DNA of 64,000 bases, from positions 336,688 through 400,687 of the forward strand of contig JAJEJC010000007.1 of the NCBI GenBank assembly GCA_022828105.1, read 5' to 3'. A model generated the notes under the pieces. The model saw only the letters and a program-made list of their open reading frames with translations, did not search any database and was not told where the DNA came from. This DNA comes from Dehalococcoidia bacterium (GTDB lineage: Bacteria > Chloroflexota > Dehalococcoidia > Bin125). Each line of letters starts with the position of its first letter. Position 1 is the first letter of the stretch. This document shows positions 54,056 to 62,168 of the stretch, piece after piece. The position numbers were made by a program, and so were the translations under genes.

Positions 54056-55360
54056 ATGGAAATGCAGAATGTCGTCATCGTTGACGGCGCTCGTTCCGCC
54101 TTCACGCGCGGCGGCCGCGGCGCGTTCACGGCGACCCGGATGGACACCGTCGGCGTCCAGGTGCTCCAGGAGCTCCTCAGCCGCTACCCGCAGCTTTCCC
54201 CGCACGATATCGAAGATGTCGGCATGGGCTGCGTCGGCGGCGTGGCCGAACTCGCCGGCATCGGCGCCAACCACATCGTGCGGCTCGCCGGCCTGCCCGA
54301 GTCGGTTTGCACGTTCGACTCCAACCGACAGTGCGGCTCCTCGATGGAGACCATGCACCGCGTCGCGCAGGAGATCATGGTCGGCGCGATTGACGTCGGC
54401 ATCGCGCTCGGCGTCGAGCGCATGGGCCGACAGCTCGGCGGCGGCGGCGGCGCAGAGCCGAACCGGATCACCGAGTTCAACCAGGAACGCCACCAGATGA
54501 CCGAGGCGCAGCGCAACCTCGCGCCCGACCACGGCCTCGACTTCTCCGTGCCGATCCCCGACGAGATCCTCGACTCCTCGCCCGTCTGCTCGATGCTGCA
54601 GACCGCCCAGAACGTGGCCGAGATGTACGACATCTCCCGCGAGACCCTGGACGAGTTCGCGGTCGAGTCGCACCGCAAGTACGGCGAAGCGCTGGCCAAC
54701 GGCTTCTACGAGGGCGAGATTGTCCCGATCGAGGTCGAGCGCCCCGTCTTCGACGAGGAAGGCAACCTGCTGCTCGACGAGCGCGGCGAACGCGCCGTCG
54801 TCTCGGTCGACGAGGGCTACCGCCCGGGCACGAACTTCGAGGGTCTCAGCGGTCTGCGCACCGTGCGCGGCACCGTCTCGCACACGCAGAGTGAGATCCG
54901 CATTACCGCCGGCAACTCCTGCCCGACCAACGACGGCTTCACCGCCGCGCTGCTGATGAGCGAGCGCAAGGCGGACGAGCTCGGCCTCGAGCCGCTGGCT
55001 CGGATCGCCGGCTTCGGCGTCGGCGGCGTCAAGCCGCAGGTCATGGGTCTCGGCCCGATCCCGGCGACCCGCAAGGCGCTGGCCCACGCCGGCATCGACG
55101 CCTCCGAGATCGACCGCGTTGAGTTCAACGAAGCCTTCGCCGCACAGGTCATCCCGTCGGTGAAGGAACTTGGCATCGAGATGGACAAGGTCAACGTCAA
55201 CGGCGGTTCGCTGGCCATTGGTCACCCGCTCGGCGCGACCGGCACCCGACTAGTCACGACGGTCGCCCGCGAGCTCAAGCGCTCCGGCAGCCAGTACGGT
55301 CTGGCCACCCAGTGCATCGGCGCGGGCATGGGCATCAGCACGATTATCGAGGCTGTCTAG
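54056..55360 (+). CDS. Thiolase (acetyl-CoA C-acyltransferase)
   Basis: NRQCGSS catalytic Cys, TAGNS, NEAFA, GHPLGATG, CIGAGMG. Confidence 0.93.
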   Translation: MEMQNVVIVDGARSAFTRGGRGAFTATRMDTVGVQVLQELLSRYPQLSPHDIEDVGMGCVGGVAELAGIGANHIVRLAGLPESVCTFDSNRQCGSSMETMHRVAQEIMVGAIDVGIALGVERMGRQLGGGGGAEPNRITEFNQERHQMTEAQRNLAPDHGLDFSVPIPDEILDSSPVCSMLQTAQNVAEMYDISRETLDEFAVESHRKYGEALANGFYEGEIVPIEVERPVFDEEGNLLLDERGERAVVSVDEGYRPGTNFEGLSGLRTVRGTVSHTQSEIRITAGNSCPTNDGFTAALLMSERKADELGLEPLARIAGFGVGGVKPQVMGLGPIPATRKALAHAGIDASEIDRVEFNEAFAAQVIPSVKELGIEMDKVNVNGGSLAIGHPLGATGTRLVTTVARELKRSGSQYGLATQCIGAGMGISTIIEAV

Positions 55361-55393
55361 GGCAACTGACCACCCGGACATCCTCAACCACGC

Positions 55394-55424
55394 AGAGGGC
55401 ACGGGCGTACCGCCCGTGCCCTCT
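55394..55424 (+). terminator. Hairpin terminator after the thiolase
   Basis: 14-bp stem AGAGGGCACGGGCG-TAC-CGCCCGTGCCCTCT. Confidence 0.7.
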
Positions 55425-55487
55425 TGCATCTCATTGATGTACGCCTAGCCTGTGAGCAATCGAACACCATCATCGGAAGGCAATGAC

Positions 55488-56747
55488 ATGTTCCGAAACC
55501 AATGGCGACTCGTCAGTCTGGCGCTGCTGGGAGTAATCGCGATTGTCGCAGGTGCGGTGTACGCCACGTCCGACGGTGACGCCGAAATCCGAGTGGCGAC
55601 CATGCGCCACGACGACGGCCGCGTTGAGGTCGCCGTCCAGCAACGCGACGCTAGCGGCGGCTGGGGCGAACGGCAACTGCCCGTGGCGCGCTTCCTGCCG
55701 CCCGGGGTCACCGGCGAATGGCGCGTGTCATCGCCCGTCAACGTCCTGGCGGCGGCCGGTGGCATGAGCGGCGACGCAACGTCGACCGAAGCGCCCGCCG
55801 AACTCCACTGCATCGTCCATCACGGATCAGATGTCGATCAGTTCTGGCTCGCTTTCAATGGGTTCGCCCAAGGCGGCGCTGCCGGACTTGGTGTGGCCAA
55901 TGTCGAGATCCACGGCGAGCCGATCGTTGCTGACCAGGCTGCGGCAATCGCAGACTGCGTCGAGCGCGGCGCGGTCAGCATCGCCTCAACGATTCCCGAT
56001 CTTGATGGCCTGCAGGCCGCCCTCATTGGTGCGCGTTCGAGTGGCGCAATTCTGATTACCTTCAACTCCGGCGCCGATGTCGCGGGACTCGTCGGCTCGA
56101 CCGTTCACTACGGCCTCGACGACCATGCTGCCGGACAACTCGCCGGCCGCGAGTTCAACAACGCCGGCGCGACCGGAACGATCCTCTGCGTGCTTCACGA
56201 GCCGGTCAACATCGGCCTCGAAGACCGCTGCGTAGGACTCGACAGCACCTACAACGGCGAGGTCCAGCGTCTGCAACTTCCAGCCGATGCCCTGATCAAT
56301 CCTCAAGCCACGGGGACGGCTATCGCAGGAGGAATCATGACTCATGAGGCAGCAGGTGTTGTGGTGCTCAACGGAGCCCTCGCCCCGCTTGCCACCGGGA
56401 CCGTTGCCCAGATTCAAAGCGACGCGTTGGTCGGAGTCATTGGCGCGTCCATCGCGGCGCCGTTCCTGGTAGACGACGGCGCTTTGCTCTTCGCGATCGA
56501 CGACGGTAGCCAGGTCCAAGCGACCCATGTGACGCTGGCAATCAAGAACGTCGACGCGAACCCCGCAGCACGGACACTGCTGGCTCTGTCGGCCAGCCAG
56601 GCCCAGGGCACGACCTTGATGCTGATGCGGCCGCTGGTGCTGAATCAGGACTACATCAGCAACCTGCCGGCCGACTGGAGAGCGCAATCCTGCGCCCTGG
56701 TCAACCAACTCGCCCCGCAACTCGCGTCAGCGTTCTGCGGCCAGTAA
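55488..56747 (+). CDS. Secreted type I (sugar-type) substrate-binding protein with an extra N-terminal domain
   Basis: Signal peptide; H....D.FW, TFNSG, G.DD..AG..AG, H...N.GLE.RC.G. Confidence 0.75.
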   Translation: MFRNQWRLVSLALLGVIAIVAGAVYATSDGDAEIRVATMRHDDGRVEVAVQQRDASGGWGERQLPVARFLPPGVTGEWRVSSPVNVLAAAGGMSGDATSTEAPAELHCIVHHGSDVDQFWLAFNGFAQGGAAGLGVANVEIHGEPIVADQAAAIADCVERGAVSIASTIPDLDGLQAALIGARSSGAILITFNSGADVAGLVGSTVHYGLDDHAAGQLAGREFNNAGATGTILCVLHEPVNIGLEDRCVGLDSTYNGEVQRLQLPADALINPQATGTAIAGGIMTHEAAGVVVLNGALAPLATGTVAQIQSDALVGVIGASIAAPFLVDDGALLFAIDDGSQVQATHVTLAIKNVDANPAARTLLALSASQAQGTTLMLMRPLVLNQDYISNLPADWRAQSCALVNQLAPQLASAFCGQ

Positions 56748-56771
56748 TCGGCCAAGGTGTCGTAGCAATCC

Positions 56772-56801
56772 AAGAGGGCGGGCCAATCGGCCCGCCCTCT
56801 T
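56772..56801 (+). terminator. Hairpin terminator after the binding protein
   Basis: 13-bp stem AAGAGGGCGGGCC-AATC-GGCCCGCCCTCTT. Confidence 0.7.
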
Positions 56802-56882
56802 CGGTCTCTACGACTACCAAGCACCGATTGGTCTTCGGTAAACGTAGACTGCAAGAGGACACTTCCAGAGGAGCAGATCACC

Positions 56883-58871
56883 ATGGTCACCGAGACACGA
56901 CCCGCGACGCCCGTTGGCGTTAGCCATCCGCTTGACCCACTGACCCCCGATGAAATCTCGGCGGCATCACAGATTGCCGCCTCGCACGAGCCACGCGACG
57001 GCTGGCGATTCCCGCTTGTCGCTCTTGACGAGCCGTCCAAGGACATCGTGCGCGGATTCTCCGACGGCGACGCCCTCGAGCGGCGGGCGCTGGTGCTGTT
57101 GCACGACATCACGAGCGGCGATTCCGTCGAGTGCCTCGTCGACCTGGCTTCCGAATCGGTGGTCCGTTGGTCGCCGCTGGTCGGTCACCAGCCGTTCCCG
57201 CTGATGGAAGAGTTCGGCCGCGCCATCGAGGCGGTCAAGTCGGACTCGCGCTGGCTGGCGGCGATGAAGAAGCGCGGCTACTCGGACGAGCAGATCGAGT
57301 TGATCCAGGTCGACCCCTGGCCGGGCGGCAACTTCGGCACGGCCTGGGAAAACGAGCACCGCACGCTCAAGGCAATCTCGTACCTGCGCGACTCCGAGGA
57401 ATCAAACGGCTACGGCCGCCCGATCGAGCACGTCATGGCCGTCGTCGATCTGGTCGCGAACGAAGTGATTGATGTCGTCGACGAGCCCGGGCCGCCGGCG
57501 CCCGACACGTCGCTCGACTACCGCTACAACGACATCGCGCCGCGCGAGGACCTGAAGACGCTCGACATCGTCCAGCCGGACGGCGTCTCCTTCACGCTCG
57601 ACGGACACCTGCTCAGTTGGCAGAAGTGGCAGATGCGCGTTTCGTTGCATCCGCGCGAGGGCCTGGTCCTGCATCAGATCGCCTACAACGACGATGGCGA
57701 GCTGCGCCCGATTTGCTACCGCGCCTCGATGACCGAGATGGTCGTGCCCTACGGCGACCCCTCGCCGACGCAGTACTTCAAGAACGCATTCGACTCGGGC
57801 GAAGTCGGCGGTCTGGGCCGTCTGACCAACTCGCTTGAGCTGGGTTGCGACTGCCTGGGCGAGATCGTTTACATGGACGGCCACGTGACCAACGAGTTCG
57901 GCGGTTCGCGCACAATCAACAACGCGGTCTGCATCCACGAAGAAGACTTCGGCATCAACTGGAAGCACACCCGGGTCGAGAACGACATCCCGGTCTCCGA
58001 GGTGCGGCGCACCCGGCGGCTGGTCGTCTCGGCGATTGCGACGGTCGGCAACTACGACTACGGCTTCTATTGGATGTTCTACCCGGACGGCTCGTGGGAG
58101 CAGGAGGTCAAGGCAACCGGCATCGTGCAGACGATTGCCGCAGACCCCGACGACCCGCAGATCACGCGGCACATGATCGCTCCCGGCCTGGCCGCGCCGA
58201 TCCACCAGCATTTCCTCTGCTTCCGCTTGGACATGGAGGTCGACGGCGGCACCAACACGGTCTACCAGGTCGACACGGTGCCGCTGCCGGCCGGTCCCGA
58301 CAATCCCTACGACAACGCCTTCACCGCCGTTGCCAAGCCGCTGATCAACGAGACCGACGGCGAGGGCGTGGTCAACTCGGCCTCTGCCCGTCATTGGCGG
58401 ATCGCCAACACCAACAAGGTCAATCACGTCGGCCACGCGCCGGCCTACCTGCTGGTGCCCGGCGAGACCGTCTCGCTGATGGCCGGCCCCGACGCGGCCG
58501 TTCGCGGACGCGCCGGCTTCACCCACAAGCAACTCTGGGTCACGCCGTACGACGACTCGCAGTTCTACCCGGCAGGCGACTACCCCAACCAGAGTCAACC
58601 CGGCGAGGGCATCCCCGCCTGGGTCGCGGCCGATCGCGAGATTGCCGACGAGGACCTCGTGCTCTGGTACACAGTCGGCATGAACCACATCGTCGTGCCC
58701 GAGGACTGGCCGGTCGCGCCGGTGCATCGCAGCGGCTTCAAGCTGCGACCGTCCGGATTCTTCAGTCACAACCCGGCCCTCGACCTGCCCGAGGCCGACC
58801 ACTGCGGTCACGAGATGGACCACGACTCCCACGACCACTCCAACCACGCGGCTCACAACGGCCACAGCTAG
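56883..58871 (+). CDS. Copper/TPQ primary-amine oxidase 1 (His-rich C-terminal tail)
   Basis: HPLDPL, NSLELGCDCLG, TVGNYDY TPQ motif, HQH and third His copper ligands, FD catalytic base. Confidence 0.95.
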   Translation: MVTETRPATPVGVSHPLDPLTPDEISAASQIAASHEPRDGWRFPLVALDEPSKDIVRGFSDGDALERRALVLLHDITSGDSVECLVDLASESVVRWSPLVGHQPFPLMEEFGRAIEAVKSDSRWLAAMKKRGYSDEQIELIQVDPWPGGNFGTAWENEHRTLKAISYLRDSEESNGYGRPIEHVMAVVDLVANEVIDVVDEPGPPAPDTSLDYRYNDIAPREDLKTLDIVQPDGVSFTLDGHLLSWQKWQMRVSLHPREGLVLHQIAYNDDGELRPICYRASMTEMVVPYGDPSPTQYFKNAFDSGEVGGLGRLTNSLELGCDCLGEIVYMDGHVTNEFGGSRTINNAVCIHEEDFGINWKHTRVENDIPVSEVRRTRRLVVSAIATVGNYDYGFYWMFYPDGSWEQEVKATGIVQTIAADPDDPQITRHMIAPGLAAPIHQHFLCFRLDMEVDGGTNTVYQVDTVPLPAGPDNPYDNAFTAVAKPLINETDGEGVVNSASARHWRIANTNKVNHVGHAPAYLLVPGETVSLMAGPDAAVRGRAGFTHKQLWVTPYDDSQFYPAGDYPNQSQPGEGIPAWVAADREIADEDLVLWYTVGMNHIVVPEDWPVAPVHRSGFKLRPSGFFSHNPALDLPEADHCGHEMDHDSHDHSNHAAHNGHS

Positions 58872-58904
58872 GCAAGTCCTCTCGGGCTACAGCAAGGAGC
58901 GTCG

Positions 58905-60830
58905 GTGGTCACGGAAGCTGTCAGGAAGACGCATCCGCTCGACCCACTGTCGGCCGATGAGATTGTACGAGCGTCGGCGATCATCAGCGAGCACCTGGGC
59001 TCGCCAGAGTCGTTGCGTTTCCTGCTCTTGGCCGCGTTGGAGCCTGTGAAGGGCGCACATGACGGTCCCCGCTGCGCAGAGGCGGTCTGCATCGACATCG
59101 ATTCGGGCCTGACGACTGAGGTTGTCGTCGATCTCGATGCGGCCGCGGTTCGCTCCGCCGTAGAGCGTCCCGACGTTCAGCCTCCCGCGCTGTTTGAAGA
59201 GTACGAACGCGCCGACGCGGCAATTCGGGCGGACCAAGGCTGGCGAGCGGCGATGCGAGGACGCGGTCTCAGCGAAGCGCAAATCGACCTGTCGTTCATT
59301 CATCTCTGGCCGACGGGAAACTTCGGCTCGCAGTGGGAAACGGATCACCGGATTCTCAAGGGCATCGTGTACCTGCGCGACGAACCCGACGACAACGCCT
59401 ATGGGCGGCCGGTCGAGGGGCTGATCGCGGTTGTCGACCTGTCTGAGCAACGCGTGCTTGAAGTGATTGACGAACCGTCGCCGGCGCCCGCGGCGTCCTC
59501 GTTGCGATTCGATCACGATCACGGCGGACCACATCGCGAAGATCTGAAGTCGCTCGACATCGTCCAACCGGAAGGGCCGTCATTCACGCTCGAGGGTCAT
59601 TTGCTCAAGTGGCAGAAGTGGCAGATGCGGGTCTCATTGCACCCGCGCGAGGGGCTGGTCCTGCACAAGATTGGCTATGAGGACGACAGCCGGCTGCGGC
59701 CGATCTGCTATCGCGCCTCGCTGGCCGAGATGGTCGTTCCCTACGGCGACGCGTCGGTCGGGCACTACTTCAAGAACGCCTTCGATTCGGGCGAGTGCGG
59801 GATCGGACGACTGGTCAACTCGCTCGAATTGGGCTGCGACTGCCTCGGCGAGATTGCCTACCTGGATGGCGTCGTCACCGACGAACGCGGCGGCGCGCGC
59901 ACGATCAAGAACGCGATCTGTATCCACGAAGAGGATGCCGGACTGCTATGGAAGCATACGTACCGGTATCCGGACGAACGCGGGACCCAGTCCTGGCTCC
60001 GACGCTCGCGGCGCCTGGTGGTTTCGTCGATCGCGACCGTCGACAACTACGACTACGGCTTCTACTGGTACTTCTACCAGGATGGTTCATGGGAACACGA
60101 GGTCAAGGCGACCGGGATCGTCCAGACAATGGCAATCGATGACGACGATCCGTTAGCAACCCGCAACAGGATCGCGCCTCGCCTTGCCGGCGTGCACCAT
60201 CAACACTTCCTAAGCTTCCGACTCGACATGGAGGTCGACGGACCCCAGAACACGGTCTACGAGGTCGACACCGTGCCGCTGCCGCTCGGACCCGAGAACC
60301 CATACCACAACACGTTCACCGCTCAGGCGACGCCGATTCGGGACGAGTCGCAGAGTGGTCGGGAGGTGAACTCATCAGCGGCACGCCACTGGCGGATCTC
60401 AAACGACGCGCTTGAGAATTCCATTGGTGAGCCTCCGGCTTACGCACTCACACCCGGCGCGACGATCTCGATGATGGCCGACGAGCGCTCAATGATCGCC
60501 CAACGAGCTGCGTTTGCGCGCAAGCAGCTCTGGGTGACTGCCTACGACGCGTCGGAGCGCTATCCGGGCGGCGACTACCCGGCCCAGAGCGATCCAGGTC
60601 TGGGAATTCCGGCGTGGATCGCAGCCAATCGACCGCTGGCGCAGTCGGATGTCGTGCTCTGGTACACCGTTGGAATGAATCACATCGTCCGGCCCGAGGA
60701 CTGGCCCGTGATGCCGGTGCAACGCGCCGGATTCAGCATGAAACCCTGGGGGTTCTTTGCGCACAATCCCGGACTCGACGTACCCATGCCAGATCACTGC
60801 GAGCATGACATGAATCAGGCGCGACACTGA
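58905..60830 (+). CDS. Copper/TPQ primary-amine oxidase 2
   Basis: HPLDPL, TVDNYDY, HHQHF, NHIVRPEDWPVMP. Confidence 0.95.
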   Translation: MVTEAVRKTHPLDPLSADEIVRASAIISEHLGSPESLRFLLLAALEPVKGAHDGPRCAEAVCIDIDSGLTTEVVVDLDAAAVRSAVERPDVQPPALFEEYERADAAIRADQGWRAAMRGRGLSEAQIDLSFIHLWPTGNFGSQWETDHRILKGIVYLRDEPDDNAYGRPVEGLIAVVDLSEQRVLEVIDEPSPAPAASSLRFDHDHGGPHREDLKSLDIVQPEGPSFTLEGHLLKWQKWQMRVSLHPREGLVLHKIGYEDDSRLRPICYRASLAEMVVPYGDASVGHYFKNAFDSGECGIGRLVNSLELGCDCLGEIAYLDGVVTDERGGARTIKNAICIHEEDAGLLWKHTYRYPDERGTQSWLRRSRRLVVSSIATVDNYDYGFYWYFYQDGSWEHEVKATGIVQTMAIDDDDPLATRNRIAPRLAGVHHQHFLSFRLDMEVDGPQNTVYEVDTVPLPLGPENPYHNTFTAQATPIRDESQSGREVNSSAARHWRISNDALENSIGEPPAYALTPGATISMMADERSMIAQRAAFARKQLWVTAYDASERYPGGDYPAQSDPGLGIPAWIAANRPLAQSDVVLWYTVGMNHIVRPEDWPVMPVQRAGFSMKPWGFFAHNPGLDVPMPDHCEHDMNQARH

Positions 60831-60915
60831 CCCGTAAATCAGGCATAGTGAACGTACACGCCTCGGGCGGGGCGCCTGATTGTGAGGGTCGCAGATGGTC
60901 GTCGGAGTCTCTGCC

Positions 60916-62166
60916 ATGAGTGGACTCGATGCCTTCGAACAACTCGAGTCGTGCGTCCGCTCCTACATCCGTTCCTGGCCGACCGTGTTCGAACGCGCTC
61001 AAGCCGCAAAGCTCTGGGACGAGGACGGCCGCGAGTACCTCGACTTTTTCTCCGGCGCCGGCGGGCTCAACTACGGTCACAACCACGAGTCGATGATCGA
61101 CGCCCTCGTGGACTACCTGCGCTCACAGGGCGTGCTGCACTCGCTCGACATGGCGACGACCGCCAAGCGGGAGTTCCTGGAGCGCTTCGACAAAGTCATC
61201 CTGCGTCCGCGCGGGATGTCCTACCGCGTGCAGTTCCCCGGACCGACCGGCACCAACGCCGTCGAAGCCTCGCTCAAGTTGGCCCGCAAGGTCACCGGCC
61301 GACAGGACATCGTCTCCTTCACCAACGCCTTTCACGGCATGACCCTGGGATCGCTGGCGCTGAGCGGCAACGTGGTCAAGCGCGAGTCGGCCGGCGTGCC
61401 GCTCGAACACCACGCGACTGCCCCGTTCGACGGCGAACTCGGACCAAGCGTCGACACGATTGCTGTCCTCGACGACATGCTCACCGGCGGAGAAATCTCC
61501 GCCGCCGCCGTGATCGTCGAGACGATCCAGGGCGAGGGCGGACTCCATGCAGCGGGCTTCGACTGGTTGAGGCGGCTGTCCGAGTGCTGCCGGCGCCACG
61601 AGGTGCTGCTAATGGTCGACGACATCCAGGCCGGCTGCGGACGCTCGGGCAGCTTCTTCTCCTTCGAACCGGCCGGCATTGAGCCGGACATCGTCTGCCT
61701 GTCCAAGTCGATCTCCGGCAGCGGCCTGCCGATGGCGCTGACGTTGATCAGGCCTGAACTCGACATCTGGGGTCCGGGCGAGCACAACGGCACATTCCGT
61801 GGCAACAACGCCGCCTTCGTCACCGCCACCGAGGCGCTCGACTTCTGGCAGGACGACCGCTTGGCCCGCGAGGTGCAGCGCAAGTCCGACATCGTCCGAA
61901 CAGAGTTGGAAGCAATCGCCTCGGAGCACGAGTCGACTCGAGCCACGGTTCGCGGACGCGGGCTGTTGATCGGTCTGCACTCGCCGCTCGACGGCCTGGC
62001 CTCGCAGGTCTGCCGGGCGGCATTCGAGCGCGGCCTCCTGCTGGAGACCTCGGGCGGCGCCGCCTCGGACGTGATCAAACTCATGCCGCCGCTCACAATC
62101 GACGACGAAGATCTCGAACGCGGTCTGGCCATCCTTCGGGAATCGGTCGCCGCGGTCGCGCCCTAG
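60916..62166 (+). CDS. ectB: Diaminobutyrate--2-oxoglutarate transaminase (EctB-like)
   Basis: LES.VRSY.R.WP.VF, DFFSGAG.LNYGHN, QFPGPTGTNAVE, DDIQAGCGR.G.FFSFE, SKSISG, GEHNGTFRG.N. Confidence 0.88.
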   Translation: MSGLDAFEQLESCVRSYIRSWPTVFERAQAAKLWDEDGREYLDFFSGAGGLNYGHNHESMIDALVDYLRSQGVLHSLDMATTAKREFLERFDKVILRPRGMSYRVQFPGPTGTNAVEASLKLARKVTGRQDIVSFTNAFHGMTLGSLALSGNVVKRESAGVPLEHHATAPFDGELGPSVDTIAVLDDMLTGGEISAAAVIVETIQGEGGLHAAGFDWLRRLSECCRRHEVLLMVDDIQAGCGRSGSFFSFEPAGIEPDIVCLSKSISGSGLPMALTLIRPELDIWGPGEHNGTFRGNNAAFVTATEALDFWQDDRLAREVQRKSDIVRTELEAIASEHESTRATVRGRGLLIGLHSPLDGLASQVCRAAFERGLLLETSGGAASDVIKLMPPLTIDDEDLERGLAILRESVAAVAP

Positions 62167-62168
62167 CG

